Assembly (NCBI GenBank): GCA_965247645.1
Contig: OZ252024.1
Location: 974,455 to 1,038,454 of the forward strand
Length of the DNA: 64,000 nucleotides
Reading direction: 5' to 3'
Source: Dehalococcoidia bacterium
GTDB taxonomy: Bacteria; Chloroflexota; Dehalococcoidia; Lucifugimonadales; UBA2985
Shown here: piece by piece, positions 1 through 10,092 of the stretch
How the letters are laid out: every line of letters starts with the position of its first letter
Position numbering within the stretch: position 1 is the first letter of the stretch
The notes under the pieces: generated by a model
The model's input: the letters and a program-made list of their open reading frames with translations, nothing else
Told to the model about the DNA's origin: nothing
Database searches by the model: none
Translations under genes and position numbers: made by a program

Positions 1-483
1 CAGCACCACATTGTTGAGGCTCTGCCCCAGGGCAGACATGATGGCCAGCGCAAGTATCAGCGTTGGGATGGCCATCATGGAGTCCATTATGCGTTGGATT
101 ACCGCATCCACCTTGCCCCCATAGTAGGCGCTGGCCAAGCCGATAAGCGCCCCGCCCAGAGACCCCGTGGCAACGGACAGAAATCCCACGTACAGCGATA
201 TCCGGGCTCCGTAGGCTATGCGAGTCCATACGTCCCGCCCCCAGGTGTCGGTCCCCATCCAGTGCTCGCCTGATGGGGGCAACAGGTCATCCACGAAGCT
301 CGTTCTCGTTGGCTCGTAGAAGGTCACCAACGGAGCAAAGATCGCCACGAGCGCCATGACGAAGATTATGCTTCCGCCCACGGCTCCCAGAGGCTTCCGC
401 CTGAAGAAGGTCGCTATCGTCTTGACCGTCCTGCGTACCCGGGGGAGCCCGCCGCTCTCTGATACTCTGGCTGCGTTAATCAT
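1..483 (-). CDS. ABC transporter permease, DppC/OppC-like (partial; C-terminus lies beyond the window start)
   Basis: Not in the ORF track because it is open at the window edge. Reverse-strand ATG at 483-481. My translation is MINAARVSESGGLPRVRRTVKTIATFFRRKPLGAVGGSIIFVMALVAIFAPL...GEHWMGTDTWGRDVWTRIAYGARISLYVGF, which is typical of subunit C of peptide/nickel ABC permeases. It starts 24 nt after the DppB-like gene. Confidence 0.8.
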   Translation of the reverse strand, partial: MINAARVSESGGLPRVRRTVKTIATFFRRKPLGAVGGSIIFVMALVAIFAPLVTFYEPTRTSFVDDLLPPSGEHWMGTDTWGRDVWTRIAYGARISLYVGFLSVATGSLGGALIGLASAYYGGKVDAVIQRIMDSMMAIPTLILALAIMSALGQSLNNVVL

Positions 484-507
484 GTCCAGTCTCCTTCGCC
501 CAAGACT

Positions 508-1473
508 CTAGTATCGAATTCGCGGGTCCAGCCAGGCATAGGTTATGTCTACAATCAGGTTGGTAATTATAATCCAGGTTGCGATGACGACGACCATGCT
601 CTGCACAACGGGGAAGTCCCGCTGGTTCATGCCGCGCACCACGTATATCCCTATTCCAGGCAACTGGAAGATGGTCTCCATTATGACCGACCCGCCGATG
701 ATCACCGCCGCGGAGATCCCAATTATGGTCACAACCGGCAGCAGGGCGTTCTTCATAGCGTGTCGATATACCACTACCGAGTATCGCAGGCCCTTGGCAT
801 GGGCCGTTCTGACGTAGTCCTGCCTCAGAACTTCCAGCATTGTGGAGCGCATCATCCTGGACTTGGTGGCCGCCGATGCGAGGCCACCGATGAGCGCAGG
901 CCAGAAGAGGATGCTTATGTTGCCGGTCAGGCTCTCCCAGGGATGCTCAAACTCTAGTCTTGGCGACCAGGAGAAGAAGTACACCCCCGTCGCGATGACC
1001 AGGGTGGCAAGCCAGAAGTTCGGCATGGACAGTCCCGCCAGAGAGATTATCCTGCCCACGTAGTCAACCCACCCGTCCTGCTTTAGAGCCATGACAATCC
1101 CCAGTGGAATGCCAATGACTACCGACAGTATTACGCTGTAGATGCCAAACTGGAGCGTGACGGGCGCCCTCTCTAGGAACTCCTCCATTATGGGCTTGGA
1201 GGTGTAGTAGGACGCTTCCCAGTTCAGGGTGACCATGTCACTGGCCCACCCCAGGTACTGCATGTACAGGGGCCGGTCCAAGCCAAGCAGCTTCTGGATA
1301 CGCTGCAAGGCTATGGGGTCTACGTCCTCCGGGTTGAAGTCCTCTTCACCCTGCGAGATCACCATCATGGCCACGTCGCCGGGCGCAACCCGGATGAGCA
1401 GGAATATGATTAGGCTCACCACGAAGACGGCCAAGACTCCCTGGATAAGACGTCTGATTATGTACTGTGTCAC
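508..1473 (-). CDS. ABC transporter permease, DppB/OppB-like
   Basis: 321-aa ORF. The N-terminus MTQYIIRRLIQGVLAVFVVSLIIFLLIRVAPGD and the multi-TM profile are typical of peptide/nickel-family permease subunit B. It is operonic with the SBP gene upstream and the DppC-like gene downstream. Confidence 0.9.
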   Translation of the reverse strand: MTQYIIRRLIQGVLAVFVVSLIIFLLIRVAPGDVAMMVISQGEEDFNPEDVDPIALQRIQKLLGLDRPLYMQYLGWASDMVTLNWEASYYTSKPIMEEFLERAPVTLQFGIYSVILSVVIGIPLGIVMALKQDGWVDYVGRIISLAGLSMPNFWLATLVIATGVYFFSWSPRLEFEHPWESLTGNISILFWPALIGGLASAATKSRMMRSTMLEVLRQDYVRTAHAKGLRYSVVVYRHAMKNALLPVVTIIGISAAVIIGGSVIMETIFQLPGIGIYVVRGMNQRDFPVVQSMVVVIATWIIITNLIVDITYAWLDPRIRY

Positions 1474-1637
1474 TTTCTAGACCTCCCTACGGATGAGAGC
1501 AACCCTGAAGTAGAAGGGTGGGGTTGCCGTTGGGTTTCATCATCCCCTCCAGCGCCGTTGTTATGCCGGGGCAAAGGCCAGGCATACTATGGTGAGTAAA
1601 ACCGTTGTTGCTTGGTTTACGCAAGATTAACGTTTAT

Positions 1638-1679
1638 GGTAGTGACCGGAGAGGGCCGATTCCCTCTCCGGTCACTACC
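1638..1679 (-). promoter_or_regulatory. Intercistronic stem-loop between the SBP and permease genes
   Basis: Perfect 18-bp inverted repeat ggtagtgaccggagaggg / ccctctccggtcactacc with a 6-nt loop. There is no clear U-tract on the transcribed strand, so an mRNA-stabilising or attenuating hairpin is more likely than a full terminator. Confidence 0.5.
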
Positions 1680-1700
1680 CGGTTGCTCACACACCAGCCT

Positions 1701-3647
1701 CTATCTGGCTACCCAGGTGCGCTGATGTATCTTGAGGTGTGAGGTATGAATGGAGTGGTCGGGAAGGATGTCAAATCCCTTGACCCACGGCTGGTAGCCG
1801 GTGAACAGGACCTGCCACTCCATAGCAGCTGCCGGTATGAACTCGTTGTACATCAGGTATTCAATCCGCTTGCTGATCTCGGTCCGCCTGACGAAGTCCA
1901 ACTCCGCCAGGAAGTCGTCAATGAGGTCGTTTATTTCACCCTGGACCTCAGGCTCTACGCCTCCCATGCACGGCCTGGCGCCCTGGAGCTCCGAGTGGTA
2001 CGTCCTGTAGCGGAGATAGGGGTCCGGTGTGCCTTCCCATCCGGGCATGACCGTCACTGCAAAGGTATGCTTGCAAGCGCTCATCTGGGATGAGAGGGTC
2101 GCGGCGTCATAGGTGTCAAGGCTGAGGTCCATGCCCAGGTGCTCGAAAATGGTCCCGCCCATGTATATACAGGCGTTGGTGGAGGTGTCGTCCGCCCTGG
2201 ACAGGCACTTGAATGGGCCGGGCCGCTCCCCCTCTCCAAAAACCTCGTCCATCAGCCGTATGGCCTCGGCAACATCGTCGTCCTTGGGCTGGCGCCAGCC
2301 ATCCCAGGTGAGGATCTCCTCTAAGGAGTTGCCCATGGGGTTAAAGGCCCGCCCCTCGGCGTTGAAGAATCCCGCTGGAGAGTAGCCGGCGAACAGCTCG
2401 GTGCCCGGTATGCGCTGCAACTCGTGCCACTGCTGGCGGTCCATCACCAAGTTCACCGCCCGGCGCACCCGCACGTCGTCAAAGGGAGGCTTCTCGGTAT
2501 TGAATCCAACGGCGCGGGCGCCGAAGTAGTGGTTGGGAGCAAAGCCCTTCTCAGGGAAGTCCCGGAGCGACTGTTGGACCTGGGCCGGGTACGGGGAGCC
2601 GCTGCCATGACCCATGAGGTCTATCTTGTCCGTGGCAAAGGCGGCAAAGGCCGTTGCCGGGTCTGCGATGGTGTGATACTCAAAGACATCCAGGAAGGGA
2701 AGTCCGTCTTTCCAGTAGTTGGGGTTCTTGACCGCAGAGGCTACAACCTCTGGCGTGAGGTCTGAGGGCATGAAGGGCCCTGTCCCCAGGTGGATGGTGT
2801 ATTCAGGGTACGTCCTGATCGCCTGTGGTTCCAGGGTCGACAGAGCCCACTCCATCCATTCCTTGTTGGTGACCCCGTACACTCCCGGAAGCGTCAACAA
2901 CTCCATTATCCCAGGGAACGGGATACCGCCATCCAAGGCGCCCTGCACGGTGTACCCGTCAGGCCCGTCCGGGCAGGTCCAAGTGGAGCCACCGGGCACG
3001 ACGGAGCCAAGCGAGCCACCCTCGTCCCAATAACGGTCGGAGTCTATAAAGTTCATGTGGAACGCAACGTCCTCGCACACGAGCTCCTGCCCATAACCGG
3101 GCATGTCAACCTCGTGCGCTTCGGTCCTCTCGTGGAACATTATCCCCTGGCGCAGGTAGAAGGTGTAGGTCAACTGGTCGTCGGAAACCTCCCAGGTCTC
3201 TGCCAGGTTGGCCTGGATGCCACCGGACCAGCCGAGCCACGGGTCAACCATCACAAGGGTGTCCCGCATGGTCATCTGGTTCCCCACGTAGTGGCTGTTG
3301 CCGCTGCCCCGGAAGGGGGAGCCGGTCCTGACCGGTACGTTGGTGCGCAATTTGATGGTGCCGCCGTACTGGGGCTCGCCCCACTCCGACTTGAACGATG
3401 GGTGGTCCATCAAAGCCGCAGCGCTCAATCCAAGGTTGAACGACGCCTCTGGCGGCAGCGTCGCCGTGGGCTCCATCACCGCAGGAGATGTCGCAGTTGC
3501 CTCCATCGCCGAAGTGGCCGTGGGCACAGGTGTATTGGTAGGCGGGCTGGTTGGAGTGGCAGACTCGCCACAGGCAATGGCAATCACCATTACCATACCG
3601 GCCAGCACGGCAGTCAATGGCCTAAGGCGCAACGCTTTTCGTAACAT
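1701..3647 (-). CDS. ABC transporter substrate-binding lipoprotein, family 5 (peptide/nickel type)
   Basis: 648-aa ORF. It has a signal peptide with lipobox (VIAIAC|GES) and a Pro/Thr-rich linker. Its length and operon position upstream of the DppB/C-like permeases fit this call. Confidence 0.8.
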   Translation of the reverse strand: MLRKALRLRPLTAVLAGMVMVIAIACGESATPTSPPTNTPVPTATSAMEATATSPAVMEPTATLPPEASFNLGLSAAALMDHPSFKSEWGEPQYGGTIKLRTNVPVRTGSPFRGSGNSHYVGNQMTMRDTLVMVDPWLGWSGGIQANLAETWEVSDDQLTYTFYLRQGIMFHERTEAHEVDMPGYGQELVCEDVAFHMNFIDSDRYWDEGGSLGSVVPGGSTWTCPDGPDGYTVQGALDGGIPFPGIMELLTLPGVYGVTNKEWMEWALSTLEPQAIRTYPEYTIHLGTGPFMPSDLTPEVVASAVKNPNYWKDGLPFLDVFEYHTIADPATAFAAFATDKIDLMGHGSGSPYPAQVQQSLRDFPEKGFAPNHYFGARAVGFNTEKPPFDDVRVRRAVNLVMDRQQWHELQRIPGTELFAGYSPAGFFNAEGRAFNPMGNSLEEILTWDGWRQPKDDDVAEAIRLMDEVFGEGERPGPFKCLSRADDTSTNACIYMGGTIFEHLGMDLSLDTYDAATLSSQMSACKHTFAVTVMPGWEGTPDPYLRYRTYHSELQGARPCMGGVEPEVQGEINDLIDDFLAELDFVRRTEISKRIEYLMYNEFIPAAAMEWQVLFTGYQPWVKGFDILPDHSIHTSHLKIHQRTWVAR

Positions 3648-3978
3648 TTCCCCCTCCGTTATAGCGAATTACAACAGTCGAGTCGGCTCTGTCGCCAACT
3701 GGCAGATACCCTACCACGCGCCAGATGGCCGTGTCAAGTAAGCGCAAGGGCGCCTTTTCACTACCTGCGGCCTGTATTTTGCCTTCAGGACGGCCCTCCA
3801 AACGTCATCTTCGCCGCGTAATTGTAATAATTTTCCAATGCGCACGGCCTCGCCAGATTTTCCAGGGCGCGCCTACACGCCTCCGTGACGAACAACGCAG
3901 TACTCGTCCACTTCGGGTATTCTCAACGCGCGTTGGCAATGCCAACGCCGGCTGGAGCACCACCCTCATCCCGCTCAT

Positions 3979-4012
3979 AGCCTGCCCCGTAGTTGATACG
4001 GGAGGCGAGCGG
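3979..4012 (-). repeat. Dispersed REP-like repeat, family A copy 1
   Basis: agcctgccccgtagttgatacgggaggcgagcgg is the reverse complement of the consensus ccgctcaccc(c)cgtatcaagtacggggcaggct seen at four other intergenic sites. Confidence 0.7.
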
Positions 4013-4182
4013 TAACGGGGCGACCCCGCGTCCCTCCCTAGACCCCTGCTCGCCGTTTTCACGAGGACAAGCTTTCGCAGGGGTGTTTCGGGCTTGAACC
4101 ACGTTCACCAACAGACCATTGCTAGGAAAGGAGACCTTTGAATAACCCATAGCGTCATCCCGCAAGAATTGCCCTCATCGTC

Positions 4183-4271
4183 ATTCCTGCGGAAGCAGGA
4201 ATCTAAAAACGCTGTCTGCAAGGCTGCGATGCCTTGAAAGAAGGGCTTTAGATTCCCGTTTTCACGGGAAT
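4183..4271. repeat. Pair of short hairpin units in a repeat-dense spacer
   Basis: Two hairpins: attcctgc-ggaa-gcaggaat (4183-4202) and attcccgt-tttc-acgggaat (4252-4271). Degenerate copies occur near 4155-4170 and 4325-4340. Confidence 0.6.
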
Positions 4272-4486
4272 GACGGAGAAGATAGCCTCTTCTAGGAGAT
4301 ACACCGGAGTTATGCAAAGGACTCCGAAAGCAGGAATCCAGAGCGCTTCACACAGTAAATCGTAGCTTTATGGGCAAAGGCCTTGGAAACCCAAACTCGC
4401 TATGCTCTGTTCGGAATGACAGTGAACGCGTGTCATTTGGAAAGACCCCGAGGTGATTCAAAGATCCGCAGGCTGCTGGCATATCG

Positions 4487-4520
4487 CACCGCAGCGTCTG
4501 CCGGAGCAGACGCTGCGGTG
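4487..4520 (-). terminator. Strong hairpin downstream of the CoA-transferase gene
   Basis: Perfect 15-bp stem caccgcagcgtctgc / gcagacgctgcggtg with loop cgga, 44 nt past the stop of the 4564-6990 gene. There is no obvious U-run, so terminator function is tentative. Confidence 0.45.
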
Positions 4521-4563
4521 ACTGTAAACTTCCTGGTGGCGGCGTCTCAGGGAGCGCCCGTTG

Positions 4564-6990
4564 CTAGAGCGCCTCCATTGCCGTGACTCCCCGCTCTGCG
4601 AAGTCGCTGATCTGTTCCTCGCTGTACCCCATCTCCTGGAGTATCGCCTCGTTGTGCTGGCCCCGCAGCGGGCCGGCGCCCGCCTTGGGCGAGGTCTTGG
4701 AGAAGCGGACTATTGGGCTGTATCGCCAGAACTTGCCGAACCGGAGCGACTCCACCTCTGTGAGATAGCCGTTCTCCGCTACGTGAGGATCCTCCGTGTT
4801 GAACTGGTACGGCCCGGAGTCCTCCGCCTTGACGCAGGTAACGCCTGCGCCTACCAGGAGATTCTCCCACTCAAGGGGCTCGCGGGCAGCCAGCGCACTT
4901 CCGAGCTCCTCCGCCAGGGCCTCGTCGTTCTCCTTGCGGGCCTCCGGCGTGGCGAACCGCGGGTCTTCCAGGAGGTCTCTGCGGTCTATAGTCTCGCACA
5001 GCGCCTGCCACTCCTCCTCAAGGGGGCAGGCAAGGAATACCCACCCCTTCTGCGCCTCATACAGGCGATAGAGGGCGTGGAGGCCGTAGCCGTCGGCGTC
5101 CGGAATGGCTCGCGGGGGTTTGCCTTCGTACCAGAAGAAATCGTCGGCGTTCGCATACGCGTTGGCCTGGAGCATGGAAGAGGTGACGTATTGCCCCTTC
5201 CCGGTGCGTTCCCGCGCGTAGTACCCCAGCAGGGCAGCTACTGAGACGGCCATAGAGGAGTTGGGATCCGGATTGCCCTCGTTGGCCCGCCCAAAGCGCC
5301 TTGAAACCTCTTTGATCTCTTCCATGGTGAGGGGCTGGTCTACGGGAGGGATAGCGCCTTTGCCCATCTGGGTCACGACTCCACCGCACACCGCCCCGGG
5401 TATGGGGTGCATGGACGGGCGATGGGAGTGAGGGCCCGTGGGCCCGTAGCCGCCCGCGTAGACGTAGACCAGCTTGGGGTTGATCTCCAGCAGCTGCTCG
5501 TAGCCAATCCCCACCCGTTCCGGCGCGCCGGGCCGCATGTTGTGGACCAGTATGTCCGCCTTGGCCACCAGCTCATGCACAATCTTCTGGCCCTCCGGAG
5601 TCCTCAGGTCCAGGCACATGCCCTCTGAGCCGGCCATAGTCTTGTTGGCGGTGACCCCCCTGGACATTCCGCGCAGCAGGTCTCCCTGGGGCGTCTCTAT
5701 CCGGATGACCCTTGCCCCCATCTCCCCCAGGAGAGCGCACCCAAGGGGGCCGGCAATGACCGTGGCGAGGTCCAGCACCGTAACGTCCTCCAAGGGATGC
5801 TTTGGCAGGGGGGCAGAGCCGTAGCCGTTCGTCCTGCCGTTTGAGTTGCCAAGCGAGTCCAGGACCTCCTGGGTGTGCTGGCCGGGGTAAGGGGCAGGCC
5901 CCTGTATCTCGCCGGGGGTCTCGGACATGAGCGATATGGGGCCGAGCTGACGCGTCATGCCCACTACCGGGTCAAGCACGTCCCGGACGTGGCCGTTGTG
6001 GAGTATCTGCGAGTGGGTCATACCCTCTTCGGCGGTCCTGTAGGGCTCCGCCGCCACGTCTCTAGTCTTGTTGATGAACAGGTCCATCCACTCGTCAAGG
6101 GTCTTCTCCTGGAAGCGCGCCAGCATAATCATCCGCAGCTCTTCCCTGTCCTCCGGCATCAGCACGGGCGCCTTCTCGAAACGAGATTCTTCAAAGATGT
6201 GGCCCAAGCCTATGTCGTGGATCATGGCGACGAAGAGGCGCTGCACAGTGTTGGCCATCTGTATCCAGTGGCCGTCCTTGGTGCGCACCGGCAAGTAGGC
6301 CAGGGTTGGGTATCCCCGCAGCCACGGATGCTCGCTGAACACGTCCGGGAACCTTACCATCATCTGCCAGAAGACCAGGTCTATGAACTCGTAGAGGTTC
6401 ATGGCCTGCATGAGGCTGGTCTCCACCTTCTGTCCATGGCCGGTCTTGTCCCGCACATGGAGGGCCGCTATTATGCCTCGCACCGCGCCCATATTTGCGG
6501 CGTGGGTGGCTGTCTGCACCGCGGCGTAGTGAGGCCCCGGCCGGTTTGCCTGCCCTGAAAAGACCATCATCCTGCCAACCTTGGCCGCCACCGCCCCCTC
6601 GTAGGGCTTGTAGTGGGCATATGGGCCTTTGGAACCCCAGCCGGTGAGGGAGCAGTACACCAAGTCTGGGCGCTCTGCGCTGAGGGTCTCATAGTCTATC
6701 CCCATGCTCTGGGTGGTCCCGGGGCTAAAGCTCTCGATGACCACGTCCGACTGCCGGGACAGCCTTTGGGCATAATCCCGGCCCTCCGGATCGTTAAGGT
6801 CCAGCACAATGCTCTTCTTACCGCGGTTCCACTGGACGGACCCAGGGTTGCTGCGGGAGCGGTGCCCCCCGGGAGGTTCCACCTTGATGACCTCTGCGCC
6901 GTAGTCGGAAAGCGCCATAGTCGCAACCGCGCCCAGCATCCCCTCGGTAAAGTCCAACACCTTGAGTCCCTCAAATATCTGCGTCATCAC
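4564..6990 (-). CDS. Fused double-domain family III CoA-transferase (CaiB/BaiF family)
   Basis: 808 aa. Two tandem CaiB/BaiF modules, each opening with the family signature: LKVLDFTEGMLGAVATMALSDYGAEVIKVEPPGG and VTVLDLATVIAGPLGCALLGEMGARVIRIETPQGD. Confidence 0.85.
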   Translation of the reverse strand: MMTQIFEGLKVLDFTEGMLGAVATMALSDYGAEVIKVEPPGGHRSRSNPGSVQWNRGKKSIVLDLNDPEGRDYAQRLSRQSDVVIESFSPGTTQSMGIDYETLSAERPDLVYCSLTGWGSKGPYAHYKPYEGAVAAKVGRMMVFSGQANRPGPHYAAVQTATHAANMGAVRGIIAALHVRDKTGHGQKVETSLMQAMNLYEFIDLVFWQMMVRFPDVFSEHPWLRGYPTLAYLPVRTKDGHWIQMANTVQRLFVAMIHDIGLGHIFEESRFEKAPVLMPEDREELRMIMLARFQEKTLDEWMDLFINKTRDVAAEPYRTAEEGMTHSQILHNGHVRDVLDPVVGMTRQLGPISLMSETPGEIQGPAPYPGQHTQEVLDSLGNSNGRTNGYGSAPLPKHPLEDVTVLDLATVIAGPLGCALLGEMGARVIRIETPQGDLLRGMSRGVTANKTMAGSEGMCLDLRTPEGQKIVHELVAKADILVHNMRPGAPERVGIGYEQLLEINPKLVYVYAGGYGPTGPHSHRPSMHPIPGAVCGGVVTQMGKGAIPPVDQPLTMEEIKEVSRRFGRANEGNPDPNSSMAVSVAALLGYYARERTGKGQYVTSSMLQANAYANADDFFWYEGKPPRAIPDADGYGLHALYRLYEAQKGWVFLACPLEEEWQALCETIDRRDLLEDPRFATPEARKENDEALAEELGSALAAREPLEWENLLVGAGVTCVKAEDSGPYQFNTEDPHVAENGYLTEVESLRFGKFWRYSPIVRFSKTSPKAGAGPLRGQHNEAILQEMGYSEEQISDFAERGVTAMEAL

Positions 6991-7158
6991 TTCCTCCTTC
7001 TTTATATAGATAACTCAAACAGAGATCTCAGGGCCATCCCAAGCCTCGCGGCGTACACTTGCCATATTGTATCACGTTCTGATCAGGTTCTCATTATGTT
7101 GCTCCTTTTGGCGCTTTAGCGCTCCCGATATGTACTGCAATGGACGGTGAGATGGAGT

Positions 7159-7190
7159 CCGCTCACCCCCGTATCAAGTCCGGGGCAGAC
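7159..7190 (+). repeat. Dispersed REP-like repeat, family A copy 2
   Basis: ccgctcacccccgtatcaagtccggggcagac. Confidence 0.7.
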
Positions 7191-7457
7191 AATCAGGGGC
7201 GGCAGGCCTTCCGTGTTGGGGCCGGCATTGCGCCAGTCCTCTCTTTCGCGCCGGGGCCGGAGAAGGGCACCGCGAGGGTTGCCCCTACGCTGCGCCGTCA
7301 CTAAGGCACGACGCAGGTGTGTTCACAAACCGAACCGCAATTCCAGCACGCGTCTGGAATACCATAAGGGCTGCCTCGTTGCTGAAAGAGCGCCCCAGTG
7401 TCATAATAGAGTCATGGTGCTGAATTTGTGCGATAAGATCGTGGGTAGGGAAGTCTT

Positions 7458-9253
7458 TTGATGGTGAAGAAACTCATTGTCGCGCTGCTGGTTGTTTTCC
7501 TCGCTCTGGGCGGGGTTGCCGCTGCGGCAAACTACGGTTTCATTTCTATTCCCTGGCTTACCAAGCATCCCGAGCACTCGGCCCGGTACTACCCGACCGA
7601 TACCCTGGCGTATACCTGGCTCACGCTCTACCCCTCCAACGGTCAGCGAAGAGAGTCGGAGGAGATATGGGGCCGCTTGGACGAAAGGCGCGCCTTTCGC
7701 AACCTTATAGAAGACTTTGAGGACTTTGTGGAGGATGAGACCGCGTTCGACATTGAAGATGACATACTGACCTGGATTGGCGCGGAGTTTTCTGCGGCCG
7801 TTCTAGACTTCGATCTAGATGACGGAGACGTGGACGCGGCCATGACCATAGACGTGCGCGACTCGGAAGCCGCCGCCGATTTCCTCTCTGACTGGCGGGA
7901 CTTCATGGAGGACATGAACGGCGCAGACTACGATAGGGATTCTATCAACGATTACGACGTCTGGTTGGATGAGAACAGCGACCTAACGCACGCTCTGACC
8001 CCGGACCTGATGATATTTGCCACCAATGAGCGGACATTGGAAGACGTTCTTGATCGCGTCGCCGGCAATAACAGCCGCACTCTGGCCTCAAACGAGCAGT
8101 TCATTGAGGCCAGGGCCGCGCTTCCGGAGCGCCGGTTCACGTCCGCGTACGTCGACTATCGCGGTTTGACGGATGCGCTGGATTCCGGCATTGGCGGAGG
8201 TCTCCTGGACCTGAACGCGCTGGAGGACTTCTGTAACCAGGCTCTCGCCGGCGCGCCCGACTGGGTGGCGGCTTCGGGCGCATGGGTGGACCGCGGGCTG
8301 GTCGTTGACTTCGTATCCCCCACAGTCAATACTTTGTGGCCTCCCTTCCCCAATGCTGCGCGGCAGAGGCGATCCCGGAGGGCGCTCTGGGGTTCATCTC
8401 CCTTGGGTTCGATCCGAACCTGGATAACTGGCGCGAGCCTCTGCGCGACTGCCCTCTCGCAGACTTGGAGCTGATTTGGGACGAGGTGTTCGAAGAGGTT
8501 GACGAGGGCATTATCGGAATCGTAGAACTATTCAGCATTCTGGAGGAAACGGACCTGGTCCCAATGCCAATGCTTGGCGCCAACTCCACCCTGGCGGACG
8601 TTCTGGACCTGGGGCTGTGGGCTACAGACCAGCTGCTCGGCGTGCACCCCGAGGAGGACTTCCTCGATTACCTTGCTGGCGACTTCATACTCGCGGTACA
8701 TGGCGTGAACGTGGATTTTGAGTCTTTGCAGTCCTCAGACCCCAATGCCTCCATTGTTGACGGGGTTGTCATCTTATCCTACCGGCCTGGCGAAGAAGAC
8801 GTCCTGAGAGCGACTGTAGACGGCTTTATGCAAAGAATTGTGGCCAACCCCCCGGATGAGGTTGAAGTGGGCGCAGAAATCCCTGCCCGCATCTATCCTA
8901 TGGAGGGCGCTGGCCTCAGTCCCGGCTACGTTTTTCACGATGGCTACCTCACAATGGGCTCTACGGAGAAGGCGCTGGCCGACACCGTGGAGCTTCAGAA
9001 GGGCGAGGGTCAGCCGCTCTCTTCGGACGTGGTCTACCGCCGCGCCGTGAGCCGCCTGCCCCAAGAACGGCAGCTACTTATGTATGTCGATATTAGTCGT
9101 ATCATTGACAGGCTGGATCTGGAAGACCAGCTTGAAGACAACGACCTGTACGACGTGCTGATCTACAGCGCCGGCGCAATGGCTATGAGTGCCCACACAG
9201 ACGACGAGTTCAGCAGGGCTACCTTTTCGATTACCCTCTTCCCCGGCGATTAG
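7458..9253 (+). pseudogene. Membrane-anchored acidic hypothetical protein, split by a frameshift (possibly DUF3352-like)
   Basis: ORFs 7458-8474 and 8336-9253 overlap in different frames. The first has an N-terminal TM anchor (LIVALLVVFLALGGVAAAA). The tail of frame 1 after about 8340 turns Arg/Ser-rich and non-native, while frame 2 reads protein-like (AIPEGALGFISLGFDPNLDNW). Frame 2 is open from 8309. Confidence 0.6.
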
Positions 9254-9469
9254 GACATTTAGGAAAGGGCGTCGGCTCCGAACCCGCTTCCGTCTTCATT
9301 CACGTCCACCACCAAGAGGCATTTGCACAGATTACTGCCATTCTGAGCACAGTGAGGATCGCAAAGGTCTCCAATTGGGGAGGGAGGAGCTTGGCCTCCG
9401 CATCAGGCGCCGGGGCAAGAGGCTCTGAGCCTTTCGGAGGGCGTGAGCGGACCCGCGGGCGGCTCACGC

Positions 9470-9883
9470 CTACTCGTCGCGTAGCAGCCGGCTGCCGGTC
9501 GAAGCCAGCAGGAGGGGGAGCGTAGAGTCGACCAACGTCCATACCAGCCCCACGTCGTTGCTGGGTTCCGCCCACTGGACACCGAACCAGTTCCAGAGAA
9601 GCATGAGCATGAGCGCCGAGTAGTAGAAGGTGAATTTCGCCTCCAGATACTCTCGGTCGATAGACTGGCCGATTGCAGAGCCGTTCTGGCTGATCTTCCT
9701 GGCGAAGGCAGCCACCAGCGCCAGCGCCAGTCCGGCCACCATAAGAGGGTCCAGGATCTTCCAGACCTTGAGGCCGGCGTCTTCCAACATCGGGGCGTAA
9801 AACTGGGTAGCCAGGAAATGCGTTGCCACCGCCGCGGCCAGCAAGAGCATGTAAACTGCCGCCAAACGCTTTAGCATGGTCAA
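9470..9883 (-). CDS. Small integral membrane protein, hypothetical
   Basis: 137-aa ORF with about 4 hydrophobic segments. No family recognised. Confidence 0.55.
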   Translation of the reverse strand: MTMLKRLAAVYMLLLAAAVATHFLATQFYAPMLEDAGLKVWKILDPLMVAGLALALVAAFARKISQNGSAIGQSIDREYLEAKFTFYYSALMLMLLWNWFGVQWAEPSNDVGLVWTLVDSTLPLLLASTGSRLLRDE

Positions 9884-10092
9884 TCCGTACCTTGCGCCAA
9901 GGGTAATATCGGCCGGCAGCTACACTACATCTACAAGGTGAACGCCTGTCAACTTGATGCATGAGGATCCGGTTACGCCGATTGACTACACTAGACGGCG
10001 CAGTTACAATTCCCTAAGTCGGCTATTTCCCGCGGACGAGGCTGGCGTGACGGCCCCGTCTAACTTGATTGAACTGAGGTGATGGTTAAAGC

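Noticed and set aside
3805-4317. Track ORFs 3805-4062, 3923-4165 and 4105-4317 in the repeat-dense spacer
   Set aside because: They are translations through REP-like repeats (Arg/Gly/Ser-rich), overlap each other in different frames and have no start context.
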